Virus record (IMG/VR): IMGVR_UViG_2645727545_000002
Coordinates: 32,001 to 96,000 of that record
Strand: one strand, 5' to 3'
DNA from: a virus
Taxonomy: Duplodnaviria > Caudoviricetes
DNA length: 64,000 nucleotides
Shown here one piece after another: positions 1 to 12,488 of this stretch; the stretch's first letter is position 1, and every line of letters starts with the position of its first letter. The translations under genes and the position numbers were made by a program. The notes below the pieces were generated by a model, which had not been told where the DNA came from, ran no database searches, and worked only from the letters and a program-made list of their open reading frames with translations.

Positions 1-443
1 GTAAGCTCGTAATACATTCCATCAGAAATATTTGTACTTAATAATGCTTTATGATTCTGTAGCGTTTTGCAATACCACACAAGATAGACATCTTCCTGTG
101 TAATAAGTACGTTGTCTGTTTTATCAGCATTTTCATTGAAATAATTCACTACGTTTTCTTTGCATAAAGCAATAAATTTTTCACTACTCATAATCTTATT
201 CTCCTTTTTTCTTTCTAAATTTCTTACAATTTCTCTTGTGTCTTCTAATATCTTCTTTAATTTTAAATAAGATTCATTTGGAGCATATTCTTCAGGATGA
301 TCTCTTGTAAACGATACACATTTACCATTAGCCTTATCTTCTACAATTAAGAATTCACCTTTATTTTTAATAGCTTCAAACTGTTCATGCCAAACCTTTA
401 CATGTCTTACATTACTAAAATCTAACCCTGATGGTACTGACAT
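1..443 (-). CDS. Hypothetical protein with C-terminal DUF6275-like domain (runs off window; internal RBS+ATG at 191)
   Basis: Open frame from ATG 443 (RBS GGAGG) to window edge; VWYCKTLQNHKALLST..DGMYYELT is a typical phage DUF6275 motif. Confidence 0.6.
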   Translation of the reverse strand, partial: MSVPSGLDFSNVRHVKVWHEQFEAIKNKGEFLIVEDKANGKCVSFTRDHPEEYAPNESYLKLKKILEDTREIVRNLERKKENKIMSSEKFIALCKENVVNYFNENADKTDNVLITQEDVYLVWYCKTLQNHKALLSTNISDGMYYEL

Positions 444-611
444 ATTATTTACCTCCTACGAAACGAAAGTTTCATCTTAATATTTTTCTAAATACTGCAT
501 ATAGCGGTGACACCATATGCAGCTAAATTTATTTACGTTTTCTTCCAAAAAAGAACCCAATGCAAGTTGCCATTACGATACACACAATAAATACCCATAT
601 ATTTAATACAA

Positions 612-1364
612 TCATTTATTACCTCTTTTTCTTTTCATTTCTTCAATTGTTTGTCTTGCATTTCGTTCTCTCTCGCTTGCTTCAAGTCTCATGTCTTGAG
701 CTTGTACACTGGAGTCAAAAGCAATTCTACTTCCTTCTGCTCTTCGCCTCGTTTTCTTGGCTCCTTCTCTGACTCTCTCTAGCATTCTTTCACTCTCATT
801 ATTCATATTCATACTGTCCATACTTTGATGGAGTTCAATAATCTGACTATCTGCTTCCATCTGGAATAAAACCTGTTCTTTTTCCTCTTTTAATTTCTGA
901 AGATCTGAACTTGCCTGATTCCTAATTTCTTCCTGATGCATTTTAGCTTGTTTCATTTCTTCTATCGTATCTTTTAATACCTTGATTTTGTTCTCTACTG
1001 TTTCTTTTTTCATAGCATATTGCATTGCAGAATTTTCATCATTATTATCTAAACATGCGTTAATTTCTTTTGTGATACGCATAATTTCTTTATTCGCATT
1101 GTATAAATCCTTTTCTGCGCTGTCTAATCTTCCAGAAATCTCCGCATATGTTGTAGATGCTTTATTATAAAACTCTTCTTTATCACGAATAGCTGCATTG
1201 TAATAATCTTTTGCCCCTTCTGGAGTAGACGCATCTTGTCTCATTACTTCGTCTGTTCTTCCTTTTAATTTCACTCTTAATTGTTTTCCAAACGAAGAAT
1301 TTAAGAAAATAACGACTAAAATAACAACGATTGCAACCAATACAATAAACATAAAATTTGTCAT
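612..1364 (-). CDS. PspA/IM30-like coiled-coil protein with N-terminal membrane anchor
   Basis: Hydrophobic N-terminus then ~220 aa charged coiled coil; at the distal end of the Ter operon. Confidence 0.55.
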   Translation of the reverse strand: MTNFMFIVLVAIVVILVVIFLNSSFGKQLRVKLKGRTDEVMRQDASTPEGAKDYYNAAIRDKEEFYNKASTTYAEISGRLDSAEKDLYNANKEIMRITKEINACLDNNDENSAMQYAMKKETVENKIKVLKDTIEEMKQAKMHQEEIRNQASSDLQKLKEEKEQVLFQMEADSQIIELHQSMDSMNMNNESERMLERVREGAKKTRRRAEGSRIAFDSSVQAQDMRLEASERERNARQTIEEMKRKRGNK

Positions 1365-1376
1365 ATACTTATTCTC

Positions 1377-1957
1377 CTATTCAACATCAATTCCGTATGT
1401 GCGACATAACGCTTCAAGCCCACCGTTATAACCACTTCCAACTGCTTTAAACTTCCATTCATTGTTGCGTCTATAAATTTCTCCAACAACAATCGCTGTC
1501 TCAGTAGAAAATCCTCGCTCAAATCATATCTTAATAGCTGTTCTCCTGTTTCTTCGTCTAATACTCTGATGTACGCATTTTCTACCATTCCAAAATTTTG
1601 TAACCTGTTGTTTGCATCATAAATTGTTACCGCAACGGATATTTTTTCACTATTATTCGGCAAATTCTGAAGATTTACTTTAATTACCTCATCATCACCT
1701 TCTCCATCGCCAGTTCTGTTGTCACCTGTATGGATGACACTTTTGGTTGCGTTTGAAAGGTTTCCATAAAACACAAAGTCCTTGTCATTACCAACTTTTC
1801 CGTTTGCGCCTGTAATAAATATAGACGCATCTAAATCGAAATCAGATTCTCCATCATAATGATTTGTATCCCATCCAAGTCCAATAAGAAGTTTATGTAA
1901 TGATGGTCGATCTTTTGTTAGATCTACTCTTTGTCCCTTCTCAAGATTAACAGACAT
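1377..1957 (-). CDS. terD: TerD-family stress protein (1-nt shift near 1510)
   Basis: [35 protein letters not shown]; alternative frame restores [20 protein letters not shown]. Confidence 0.9.
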
Positions 1958-1974
1958 TTCTCGCACCTCATTTC

Positions 1975-2546
1975 TTATCTGTAATTTTCTGTTAATTCGC
2001 TAATACTTTTATCTGTAGTTCCTGTTCCAATAGCATTGAATTTCCACTCATTATTCTTCTTATACAATTCTCCAAAAATCATTGCAGTTTTACCAGCGTA
2101 ATTATCGGACAAATTGTATCTACAAATTTCATTTTTGCTAGACTGATCTACAATTCTAATAAATGCATTTTTAATCATCCCAAAATCTTGTTTTCTTGCA
2201 TTACATGCATAGATGTTAACTACAAATACAATTTTACCAACATTTTCTGGAATATTTTTAAGTCAACTGTAATCTGTTCATCATCTCCGTCACCATTTCC
2301 TGTCAAGTTGTCTCCATGATGTAAAATGCAACCATCACTTGACCGGCGTGATCCGTAATAAACAACATCCATATATTTATCTTCGTTGCTTAAAACAATT
2401 GCTGAAGCATCACAATCAATATCATGTGTTCTACCAAACAATCCTTTTTTCGCCGCATCCCAACCAAGACCCACAACTACTTTCTCAAGACCATTTACTT
2501 CTTTTGATAAACTGATTTTCTGACCTTTTACTAAATTTACCGACAT
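1975..2546 (-). CDS. TerD/TerZ-family protein (split into ORFs 2220-2585 and 1975-2178)
   Basis: GLGWD, DCDASA, GDNLTGNGDGDDE, then [15 protein letters not shown] in the next frame. Confidence 0.85.
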
Positions 2547-2577
2547 ATTCTTATTCTCCTTTTTAATTCTTTTTCTT

Positions 2578-3156
2578 TTATACATTCAATCCAAAGTTCT
2601 TTGCAATAGCTACAAATCCATCATTATATCCGCATCCAATTGCGTTAAATTTCCACTCTCCATTTTTACGATATAGCTCCCCAGCAACGATACCTGTTTC
2701 AAGAGAGAAATCTTCATCTAATTCATACTTAAATAGTTCTTCATTTGTATCAGCATCATATGCTCTAATATATGAATTGGACACCATCCCAAAATTCTGA
2801 AGCCTATCTTCGGCGTTATAAATTGCTGCAGCAAAACTGATTTTTTCAATATTCGATGGAATCTTATTCAACTCTACTTTCATTGTTTCGTCATCGCCAG
2901 CTCCTTCGCCGGTTCTGTTGTCACCAGAATATACAACTGCTCCACTTAGATGACATGGCTGGTTATAGAAAATAAAGTCCTGTTCACCAGTTACTTTACC
3001 GTTTACATCTGTTAAAAATGCAGATACGTCAAGATCAAATGGTGCATTCCCATCATATTTGTTCGTATCCCATCCTAAACCAAATACAACCTTTTTCAAT
3101 CCGTCATTTCCTTTTGTTAAATCAACTTTCTGACCCTTTACTAAACTAATTGACAT
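2578..3156 (-). CDS. terD: TerD-family stress protein
   Basis: [46 protein letters not shown]. Confidence 0.92.
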   Translation of the reverse strand: MSISLVKGQKVDLTKGNDGLKKVVFGLGWDTNKYDGNAPFDLDVSAFLTDVNGKVTGEQDFIFYNQPCHLSGAVVYSGDNRTGEGAGDDETMKVELNKIPSNIEKISFAAAIYNAEDRLQNFGMVSNSYIRAYDADTNEELFKYELDEDFSLETGIVAGELYRKNGEWKFNAIGCGYNDGFVAIAKNFGLNV

Positions 3157-3172
3157 ATTCATGTTCTCCTTT

Positions 3173-5773
3173 TTAATTATTTGTTTTTGTAACTGCTTTT
3201 CTTACTAAATCAACTGGTATTACCATAAACGCAAGAACTACAATAATTAACCAATGATTGAAATCTAACGGTGTTACCTTAATCAATTCACCTGCAAAAT
3301 TGCAAAGTACTACTGTAATCATAAAAATGCTAATTGCGATATATCCAAATAATTTATTTTTTCTAATTCCTTTTAATAGATTGAAACTATCTGTTCTAAT
3401 ATTAAATCCGTTAAACACTGCCATAAAACATAACAATGCGAATCTCGCAGTCATTGCCTCTACATCTGTTGAAAACATTTTAGAAATAGGACTAAGAATG
3501 ATTACTCCATATAATGCAATAAAAGATATTGTACTAACTGCAATTCGTGTTTTGGCTCCCCTTATAAATAATCCGGAACCTTTTTTAATTGGCTCTTCAT
3601 ACATGTATTCTTCTTTTGGTGGCTCTCCTCCAAAAGAAAGTGAATTCAACGAATCCATAATAATATTTACAATAAGAATCTGTACCGATGCTAGTAATGA
3701 TCCAACTGCTACAATCGGATACAACACACTCAAAATAAGTAAAGAAATGTTGATCGGTAACTGGAACTCTAAAAACATCATAATGTTGTGCATAAATGTT
3801 CTTCCTAGTTCTACCGCTTTTACAACTGAAGCAAAATTATCGTCTGTAAGCACAATGTCTGACGCTTCTTTTGCAACATCGCTTCCTGTTTGCATTCCAA
3901 ATCCAACATCAGAACGTTTTAATGCTGGCGAGTCATTTACCCCGTCTCCTGTCATCGCAACAGATCTACCAATCTCTTGAGCTAAAGTAACAAGTCTCAA
4001 TTTTGTATTCGGAGAGCATCTTGAAATTACTCTCAATGATGGGATAATTTCTTTGACATCTTCATCACTCATATTTTCGAATTCATCATTTGTGAGAGCT
4101 ACATCACCATCTTTGTAAATTCCGCATTCTTTTGCTACCGCAATTGCAGTTTCAATACAATCTCCTGTAATCTCAATAACTTGAATACCAGCTTTATGTG
4201 CAATATTCACTGCGTCTGGAACCTCGTCCCTAACAGGATCAACGACTCCAATAATACCAAGTAATGACATATCTTCCGGTAGTTTATTCTCTTCTAACTT
4301 TTCATTTTTAGAAGACAACGCAATACATCTCATAGATTTCGTTGTCATTTCTCTAAGTTTATTCTGAATCGCTTCTTTGTCCTTAGATGTAAAAGATTTT
4401 CTATTTCCTTCCTCATCAATCATAAATGAACACTTTTCAATAATTCTCTCAGGTGCTCCTTTATAATATGTAAGGTTGTCCTTTGTAGTAAACGCTGAAT
4501 ATTTATTACTACTGCTAAACACTTGCTTGTCCAACATTTGAATATTCTTATTAATATTTTTGTATTCATCTGAATTAACTAAGGACATCATGGCTCTATC
4601 GATTGAATTTCCACCAGTGATCATCCCATCTTTGTCAAATGTAGAACTGTTGTTCAAAACAATGTTGTTTTTCATTTCATTCCACAATTTTGAATTCATA
4701 TCAATTTCTTTTGTATTTGAGCCAATAATTGTCTTTGGAGTCATAACACCTGTTGTCAATGTTCCCGTCTTATCTGTACAAATAATGTCAACATATGCTA
4801 ATTCAGGAATTTTACCTGGATTCTTGGCAAGGATATTGAACTTCTCCATTGTTTTTACGTTCTGTTTGGTAACAAGTTTTACAATTAATGGAAGTCCTTC
4901 CGGAACTGCAGCAACAACAATGGTTAATGCAACTGAAAAATTCTGTGCAAATTTCTGAATTAAATTGAAAATGTCATCCGAAAAATATTTTGAAACACCA
5001 ACTTCCATAATTCCAGAAACGGTAAGAACAATAAACGTAATTGATGCTGCAATCGTTCCCCACTTAGAAATAAAGCCACTTAAATTATCTAACGCAATAT
5101 CAAGAGCTGTTTTAGGAGCCTCTAGTGTTTGCATTTTTACCAATGTATCTCCATTGACTGTATTTACACCAACATCTGTGACAATCATTTTTCCTTCGCC
5201 GGACATCACGGTTGTTCCTGCAAACAAACAATTCTGATTTGTATACGCATCTGTCGATGTTGTTTTCTTATGAATATATCCATCAATCGGCGTTTTCTTA
5301 CACTCTTTTGTTTCTCCATTAATTGCAGCATTGTTAACTGAAATTTTACCTTCCATAAGATATCCATCTGCAAAAATCTCTTGTCCCATTCCTACACAAA
5401 CAACATCTCCCACAACCAATTCATCTTTATTGATTGTTTGCAATTGACCATTTCGTATTACATCACAATGCCTAATAGATGTTTTTGCTCTTAATTCTGC
5501 TGCTGATTTTTGTACACCCAACCCTGTCTTAACCGCGATACAAGTTACAATTGCAAGAACAAAGATAATCATAAGCGGTTCAGATAATTCCATTACACCT
5601 AAAAACCCCAACACCATTTGCAACATGGCAATTGCAATTAAAATCATAGTGATTTTTTCACATAGAGCATCTTTTGCAAAATGATACCATTTTTTTAATT
5701 TCGGTTCTGGTAATTTATTAGAACCGTACTTTTCTCTGTTTTCAACAACCTGTTCATTTGTTAATCCATTCAT
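3173..5773 (-). CDS. P-type cation-translocating ATPase, type II (Ca2+-like)
   Basis: PEGLP, DKTGTLT phosphorylation site, KGAPE, TGD, GDGVND, multiple TM segments. Confidence 0.93.
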   Translation of the reverse strand: MNGLTNEQVVENREKYGSNKLPEPKLKKWYHFAKDALCEKITMILIAIAMLQMVLGFLGVMELSEPLMIIFVLAIVTCIAVKTGLGVQKSAAELRAKTSIRHCDVIRNGQLQTINKDELVVGDVVCVGMGQEIFADGYLMEGKISVNNAAINGETKECKKTPIDGYIHKKTTSTDAYTNQNCLFAGTTVMSGEGKMIVTDVGVNTVNGDTLVKMQTLEAPKTALDIALDNLSGFISKWGTIAASITFIVLTVSGIMEVGVSKYFSDDIFNLIQKFAQNFSVALTIVVAAVPEGLPLIVKLVTKQNVKTMEKFNILAKNPGKIPELAYVDIICTDKTGTLTTGVMTPKTIIGSNTKEIDMNSKLWNEMKNNIVLNNSSTFDKDGMITGGNSIDRAMMSLVNSDEYKNINKNIQMLDKQVFSSSNKYSAFTTKDNLTYYKGAPERIIEKCSFMIDEEGNRKSFTSKDKEAIQNKLREMTTKSMRCIALSSKNEKLEENKLPEDMSLLGIIGVVDPVRDEVPDAVNIAHKAGIQVIEITGDCIETAIAVAKECGIYKDGDVALTNDEFENMSDEDVKEIIPSLRVISRCSPNTKLRLVTLAQEIGRSVAMTGDGVNDSPALKRSDVGFGMQTGSDVAKEASDIVLTDDNFASVVKAVELGRTFMHNIMMFLEFQLPINISLLILSVLYPIVAVGSLLASVQILIVNIIMDSLNSLSFGGEPPKEEYMYEEPIKKGSGLFIRGAKTRIAVSTISFIALYGVIILSPISKMFSTDVEAMTARFALLCFMAVFNGFNIRTDSFNLLKGIRKNKLFGYIAISIFMITVVLCNFAGELIKVTPLDFNHWLIIVVLAFMVIPVDLVRKAVTKTNN

Positions 5774-5774
5774 A

Positions 5775-6325
5775 TTACTCTCCTTTTGCTCCTTTTTCTT
5801 TATGTAAATCACCAATCTCTTTCATGGCGCGTACATACGCTTCTTTCTGAATATTAATTGCTCTTTCACGTTTTTTCTTATCTCTTTTCACTTTTCGCTT
5901 ATGAGCATGTCTCTTTTTCATTGCTTCTTCATGTTTCTCATTCTCTGCTTCAACAAGCTTTCTATCATGTTCTTTTATTGCCTTATCGACCATCTTTACA
6001 TATTTCTTTTGATAAGAAAGTTCTGTTGCCATATGCTCAATTCCTTCTAAAGTATATTTGTCTTTATACATGTTTTTGATAAAGCAACGAATAAACCTCG
6101 CCGCAAATCAAAAGTGTCCTTATCATCGCAAACAACTTTCTCCTGTGTGTTATCACTAAAATCAACTCTAATTACTTTATTTGGAAATAAAATTTCAAAA
6201 CTAGAAATTTCAATGTTATTATTATCTTCGTATACAGATGATTTAGAAATTTCTAATCCAATTCCACTGCACATCTCCTTACATAGATCATAAGCCGTCT
6301 TTACTTTATAAAAATCTTCCTTCAT
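5775..6325 (-). CDS. Hypothetical phage protein (split by frameshift)
   Basis: Overlapping ORFs 6047-6325 and 5775-6071 read as one protein. Confidence 0.5.
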
Positions 6326-6411
6326 TCTTCTATCCTTTCTATTCTATCTGTTTTATAATCTCTATAACAATATGAGTCAAAAAATAATAAAGCCTTCACA
6401 GACTTAAATAT

Positions 6412-6835
6412 TTATTCTATTACATATCCCACTAATTTGCCGCGACACCATGTTTCAATATTGTCTACATCGGTTAGACTCAGTGGTTCATCAATCAGAG
6501 CTACTTCGTATCTATGACCTTTTAAATGTTTACTTCCTACTACGATTGCTTTTTGGTTTCCGCTTTTTAAAATATTGAGGTACATATTTCGGCACATACT
6601 CTTCTATAAACCTCTTACACATATTATTTTTGACAAATACAGGAATATCATATTTCGCTGATAGTCTAGCCACTGAAACAGACTTACCAATTCCACGATC
6701 ATATTTCGTTGTATAATTCACCAAACTACCTTTTTTGTTTTTTAGCACCTGATTCAAGTGGTGTTTCAATTTCAAATATGTAGATTCATATTTTAACCGA
6801 TATGATAAATAGCTGCATAACTTATATAATTTCAT
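6412..6835 (-). CDS. Hypothetical protein with P-loop-like RGIGKS (split)
   Basis: ORFs 6530-6835 and 6412-6597; RGIGKS and ALIDE motifs. Confidence 0.45.
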
Positions 6836-7223
6836 CTTCGTTTAATTCCTCTTCTTTATTCAACTTTTTCTTCACACCAATGTTTGCTATTTTATAAAGA
6901 ATGTCATATATCCATCCAAAAATATTATCCTTTTTACTACTCAATTTGTTAGAGATATAAATTACAAAAACTATTATTGGAGCTAGATAGCCAGTTGCAA
7001 AACATACAAGTGTCCAATCTGTGTAATCAAAGAATTTTTTTAAATACTTTTTATTATATTCCGTTTTTCTTAAATAACTAAAAATTAAAAATAGCAAAGT
7101 AAGAAATCCAACCAAAAGCCATAATAAAAAGAATCTAATAACCTCTTCGAAATCATTTTTCGAGATATTACTTAATATAATCAACTCATCTTTCCCCTTT
7201 CTCTTACTGTAATATAAAACCAA
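6822..7223 (-). CDS. Hypothetical membrane protein
   Basis: Two hydrophobic segments. Confidence 0.5.
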   Translation of the reverse strand: MVLYYSKRKGKDELIILSNISKNDFEEVIRFFLLWLLVGFLTLLFLIFSYLRKTEYNKKYLKKFFDYTDWTLVCFATGYLAPIIVFVIYISNKLSSKKDNIFGWIYDILYKIANIGVKKKLNKEEELNEDEII

Positions 7224-7227
7224 GAAT

Positions 7228-7470
7228 TTATCTTACAATAATAAATGATTCTCCATTTTGGTTCATAGCACTGATACTATGTTTTCCTTTTAATAACCGC
7301 ATGATACTAGCAACTTCTTTTTCACATTCATGGCACAAATCTTTTTGCTTAGAATTAGGTGTTACATTTTGAAAAGATCCAACGGATAATTCCGGTAATA
7401 CATAATTAGGTGTATGTTCACACTCTTTACCACATAGATCACAATAATATTTTTCTTCAACTTTTTTCAT
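7228..7470 (-). CDS. Small CxxC zinc-binding protein
   Basis: YYCDLCG and LCHECE. Confidence 0.55.
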   Translation of the reverse strand: MKKVEEKYYCDLCGKECEHTPNYVLPELSVGSFQNVTPNSKQKDLCHECEKEVASIMRLLKGKHSISAMNQNGESFIIVR

Positions 7471-7473
7471 GAT

Positions 7474-7674
7474 TTAATTCTCCATTTCTTCAAGTATTCC
7501 TCTTATCTCTTTATTTTGTTCTTGTCTTAATTTTGATTTGAACATTCTTCGGTTTTTCTTTTTCATTTTAGACCATCCATTATGATTATTCGCCCAACAT
7601 GCATACTGTTTGCTAAACCACGACTGACCATATTCTGAAAACTGTCTTCGAGAGACTTCATTCGACTTCTTCAT
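7474..7674 (-). CDS. Hypothetical basic protein
   Basis: ORF with RBS GAGGTG, in operon. Confidence 0.5.
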   Translation of the reverse strand: MKKSNEVSRRQFSEYGQSWFSKQYACWANNHNGWSKMKKKNRRMFKSKLRQEQNKEIRGILEEMEN

Positions 7675-7683
7675 TTATTCACC

Positions 7684-8436
7684 TCAGATCTCAATATAAT
7701 TCCATCTTTTATTACCTTCATATTTCCATTGAATTTGTCCTTGGTAAATTCTTGTCTCGATATTCTCTACATTTTCCATACCTAGGATAAATTCTCTATA
7801 AGCATCAATATCTCTTTCTGATAAATCATGAATCGCTTTAAAAATATCTAAATTCTTACAAATATGCTCTACTGACCATTCATAATCCGTTAGAGATAAT
7901 TGTCTTTCAAACTCTTTCACATTATCATCTACTTCAGATTTTGCTTCTTCATATGTAAAATAGACTTTATCAGGACGAATTGAAACATGATCAATATGAT
8001 GCTGCCACATAGGATATTTCTTTACAATTCTATATCCTTCCTTAGTTATTTCTGCTTCAATAACTCCATGGAAAATTGTACAGTCCTTTACCAAATATCC
8101 AAAATCATATCCTTTCTTAATCATTTCTGGTTTCTTGAAATCGATAAGAAATGAAATTTCTTCGTCTGTTAAACCAGAATGTGTAATTTCAAATAACCTA
8201 GTATCATATGTCCAACCTTTTGGAAGTTTCTTGTATTTTGTTTCGCTCTCAAACTCATCAATTGGGATTCCATTTACTAATCTTCTTTCCCTTGCAGTTA
8301 AATAATCAATCACAACCGCATCAGAAAACTGCTCATCTACCATTCCATATTTTACTGTATATCTTCCATTCCCCTCACTGTGACACCAATAAACAATGTC
8401 TCCATTTTTAAATCTTTTCTCAAATCCCTGTTTCAT
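7684..8436 (-). CDS. Hypothetical phage protein
   Basis: 250-aa ORF with RBS AGGTG. Confidence 0.7.
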   Translation of the reverse strand: MKQGFEKRFKNGDIVYWCHSEGNGRYTVKYGMVDEQFSDAVVIDYLTARERRLVNGIPIDEFESETKYKKLPKGWTYDTRLFEITHSGLTDEEISFLIDFKKPEMIKKGYDFGYLVKDCTIFHGVIEAEITKEGYRIVKKYPMWQHHIDHVSIRPDKVYFTYEEAKSEVDDNVKEFERQLSLTDYEWSVEHICKNLDIFKAIHDLSERDIDAYREFILGMENVENIETRIYQGQIQWKYEGNKRWNYIEI

Positions 8437-8768
8437 ATTTCACCTACTTTCTAAGAAACCTATACGGATCTCCAATTCCACATAACTTTACAATCTCAAT
8501 AGCAATATTAACTGGAATATAAACAGTTTCATCCATTGAATTATCTCCGCAAATATATTTTCCATTTAATGCTGCGTATAATCGTAATTGCTCAATAACC
8601 ATATCCATGTCAAAAGCTACCGGCTGCTCTTGATTCCGCTTTCATTTCATCAAGTTCTTCTTCTGATAGCTCGTAAAACACCTTAGAACTAACAATATTT
8701 TTCTCTATCTTTTTCAAAACAAAAATTACCTCAACATACTATTTGAAAATTGTATTTTATCAGTCATA

Positions 8769-9322
8769 TTATTCTTCTTTCAGTTTACTAATCTGTTCTT
8801 CCAATTCTTTAATCTGCATCTGTTTTCTTCTGGTGGCATAATTTTTTAAAAACTTATCATATGTGTTTTTATAATGAGCATATGCCTCATCTCCATTATC
8901 CACTGAATAATACAATGCGTGATTCAACACGTCTTCGTATTTAGGTTTTACATTATGTAGCTCTTTATAAAACTCTTCAAAATATTCAACATCATAATAA
9001 TCACCAAAAATATAACCTCCAGTTCGGAAAGATATTTTTAATAATTCTTCCTCGTCAATATCACCATAATTTGTAATATTTTTAAATCTGAAAATTCCTA
9101 TTCCATATTCAATTTCTGTAAAACCTTTATACGCCATAACATTTTTATCAATGTTCCATTTTTGTATTTATATGCAATACTCAATAGCTTCTTCGTTAGA
9201 GCATATAATTCTGACAAGTCACTGTTATACATCCCTTTATCAAATCCATTTTCTTCTAGAATCTGCCGTACTTCTATCAGTGCGTCTAATACTTTTAAAT
9301 ACTCTTCTTTGTAACTTTTCAT
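8769..9322 (-). CDS. Hypothetical protein (split)
   Basis: ORFs 9098-9355 and 8769-9137 overlap; RBS GAGGTG before ATG 9322. Confidence 0.5.
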
Positions 9323-9525
9323 TTTATTTTTCACCTCATAAAACAGACAATTCATTCTTTATACTTTTATCAAAATTGCCATCCAATAAGGAAAGCAATT
9401 GTCACCTGAGATACCATAATAGCCACATGAGCATGATTTTAACTCATATCCATATTCTAAAAATGATCTCACTTTTCGTTCATAATCTTCTTGACAGTCC
9501 GTATTTATTGTTATAACATCCATAT

Positions 9526-10267
9526 TTATATTCCTATTCTTTCTTTCGCTATTTCAAAATACTTCTCATCTTTTTCAATGCCTATAAATCTTCTATTTAA
9601 ATTCTTACAAGCTAATCCAGTTGTACCGGAACCAATACAACTATCCAAAACCAAATCTCCTTCATTAGTATAAGTTTTAATCAATTCTTCTATCAATGCC
9701 AATGGTTTTTGCGTTGGATGTAAAGCTGATTTTTGAACATCCTTTGCAAATTTCCATACAGATCTCGGATATCTTTCTGTGCTATCGTATGTAGTTAGTC
9801 CATGTTCTCCATAATCTGTTGTATTCTTACATCCAACCTTATGTTCTGCTTTACTCACTTTTCTAACATGTCCAGTTGTTTTTGAGGATTGTATACAGGA
9901 GGTTTTTATAAAAAATACAAATATCTTCATGACTTCTTAAAGGCATTTTCTTAGCATTTAGAAACCCTGTTGGTTGTGTCTTCTCCCAAATCAAATTGTA
10001 TCTCCACATTTGTTTGTTACTCATCATCAGTTCTGCAGTAAACATGCCATTTGCAAATAAGATAATTGCAGCATTGTCTTTTGCAATTCTTTTATACTGT
10101 TCCCACAATGGTTCAAATGGGATAATTACATCCCATTTGTTTCTGGAAGTTTGTTGGTATGGAAGATCTGTAACAATGCAATCTACTGATTTATCAGAAA
10201 TGTTATTCATTAGTTCAAGGCAATCTCCACATTGTAAACTAATGCTACTCATGGGAAACACTGCCAT
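9526..10267 (-). CDS. Orphan N4-C/N6-A DNA methyltransferase, beta class (frameshift near 9900)
   Basis: GDCLE, TDLPY, WEK, HPTQKP, DSCIGSGTTG, FIGIEKD. Confidence 0.9.
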
Positions 10268-11002
10268 TCCATTTGAATAATTTTTCTGTGGCTTTAACTC
10301 TTTTGTTATTGTCTATCGTTCTATTAACTTCCTGTTCCCAAATACATTCAAAATCTTGCGGTGCGTTTTGTTCGCTGATAAGAACAATATTTTTCTTGCT
10401 TAATTTTCTACACCATTTCCAAAATTCATCATGATTAAAATTCTTACTTATACCATATTGTTTTACATTTTGATATGGTGGATCACAGTAAAACAAAGTA
10501 TTTTCATATTCTACTCCATTAACATACCAAAAATTATAATCATAATTAATAAATGAAATGTTTTTAATATCATCTCTCTGTGCTAATAAATTTCTCTTTG
10601 CTTCATCATAATAATTTCTTGTTATACCTGATTTTGTATCTACTAATCCTGCATATCCACCATCAAAAAACCTTCCATTATAACTCGCCAAAAACCCTAT
10701 AGCTCCAATATACCAATCTTCAAACTTCTATCTCTTTTATTGAAACTGTTTCTTACTTCTGAATAGTGTTCTTTTGTAACAAACTCTGGAAGTGAATCAA
10801 TCTTATCAAGATTATCAAATAGAGCAATAAGGTATTTGTGTTTGTCAGCAGCAATTTTATGATTACACTTAATTTTATCTATAACATTTAATCCACCGCA
10901 AAACGGCTCTATGTAATACTCAATATTGTTTTCATCTATATATTTCTGAATAATCGGAACAATGTATTTAGCTATTCGAGATTTACTTCCCATATATTTC
11001 AA
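10245..11002 (-). CDS. Orphan Dam-family DNA adenine methyltransferase (split near 10700)
   Basis: KYMGSKSR, EPFCGG, YCDPPY. Confidence 0.88.
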
Positions 11003-11074
11003 TTTTTTTCACCAGAAAGGTGACATGTCCTTAGTAGCTACCCTAACTTTTATCCTTTCTGATTTAATTTCTAT

Positions 11075-11500
11075 TTAATAATTTTCTTGGTCGATATATT
11101 TGAACATTTCTGTTGCACCATCAAAAACAATTTTTACCAAATAATTTATGCCGTTCACATATAAGTATTTATAAGAAAGAGCATCGTTATTTTCTATTCT
11201 ACATTTAATTCCAAAAGATTTTACCCATAGTTCCCATTTCCTTAAATCTGTCATATTTTTAATATCCGTCAATGTTTCAAAATTTCTACAAAGTTTCATA
11301 ACATTCCATCCGTCGCTAAACTCTCTTAATGTATATTTTTCAGACAAATCATGATACTCAAGCCATTCTGAAACTGATTCTCTAAGACCATCTTCATTAA
11401 TTTCATATGCTCCTCCTTTATCAGAACCATGTACAATAGCTTCTCGTATAATACTGTTAATCAATTTAATCTCTTTTTCTTCATTAAATTCGACGCTCAT
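11075..11500 (-). CDS. Hypothetical protein
   Basis: ORF in operon with RBS. Confidence 0.6.
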   Translation of the reverse strand: MSVEFNEEKEIKLINSIIREAIVHGSDKGGAYEINEDGLRESVSEWLEYHDLSEKYTLREFSDGWNVMKLCRNFETLTDIKNMTDLRKWELWVKSFGIKCRIENNDALSYKYLYVNGINYLVKIVFDGATEMFKYIDQENY

Positions 11501-11503
11501 TTC

Positions 11504-11794
11504 TTATTCTCCTTCATACTTGTCCGGTAATTCCATCCAAGCAATCACTTTACTAATTACTTTCATTTTTCTGCCGCCTGTTCCATATGCAAACCAATAA
11601 ACTTCATTTTTCCATTCCTTGTTCGCGTACATTTCTTTTCTACAATATGCTACAAACCGCTCACCTCGTTTGGTTTGAATTAGAACTTCTTTACTTTTAT
11701 ATATAGAACTGAAATTGGTTGTTGAAATTTCTTCCAATTTAGGTAACCCAACTTTTTTAATTGAAATCCAGTTTTCATTTGATAATTCACTCAT
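11504..11794 (-). CDS. DUF551-like protein
   Basis: WISIK..LP N-terminus and VIAWMELP C-terminus. Confidence 0.6.
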   Translation of the reverse strand: MSELSNENWISIKKVGLPKLEEISTTNFSSIYKSKEVLIQTKRGERFVAYCRKEMYANKEWKNEVYWFAYGTGGRKMKVISKVIAWMELPDKYEGE

Positions 11795-11957
11795 TTATTT
11801 TCTCCATATCTTTTTTGTGCTTTTTCTTTCTTTTCGTTTCCATGCATATCTCATACCGGTAGCAATCTTCACACTCCCCTGGATAAGGAGAATATTCGTC
11901 ATATTTTTCTTCATTAAAATATCCACAATCAGGATATATTTTCATTTCCGCTCACCC

Positions 11958-12488
11958 CTACAACACTTCAGTAAGAATCCTGAAGTCTTTAAATGTATTG
12001 TCTTCTATGGTTACTTCAACCGGCTTGTTAATAAGTTCTGATACGTAATTCACTTTTGCGTCTTTCAAAATCTGATGCACATTTCTCACCGAGTCTGCAA
12101 TTATGCTTTTTTGATCTATATTTTCGTCATTTTCATAATCAATAAATACTGTATATTTTCCTCCATCTTCGACCATTTTACATCCGATAGAAAAACCAAG
12201 TTGTAACCCAATTTGTTTTGAATAATCCTTTAAAATTCCATATTCTGCAAAAATAATTTTTCCTAGTTGTTTAGTTGTCTTTATAAGACTTTCAAACATT
12301 TCATCAGTCCAAAACCAGCCATTATCTTCTTCTATAAAATAACTTTGATCTTTAGCATATATTTCTTTAATTGTTACAACTTGTCCGCATAAAGTACACA
12401 TTTCGTCAACGACCTGAGTCGTACCATATTTAGTATCTGTTCTTAGGTCTGTACGTATTTTAACTTTATCACCAACTTTATATTTCAT
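11958..12488 (-). CDS. Hypothetical phage protein
   Basis: MKYKVGDKVKIR...WTDEMFE phage motif. Confidence 0.65.
   Translation of the reverse strand: MKYKVGDKVKIRTDLRTDTKYGTTQVVDEMCTLCGQVVTIKEIYAKDQSYFIEEDNGWFWTDEMFESLIKTTKQLGKIIFAEYGILKDYSKQIGLQLGFSIGCKMVEDGGKYTVFIDYENDENIDQKSIIADSVRNVHQILKDAKVNYVSELINKPVEVTIEDNTFKDFRILTEVL

Noticed and set aside
3258-5341. Plus-strand ORFs opposite the ATPase, and similar antisense ORFs across the window
   Set aside because: Shadow frames of real minus-strand genes, with no motifs
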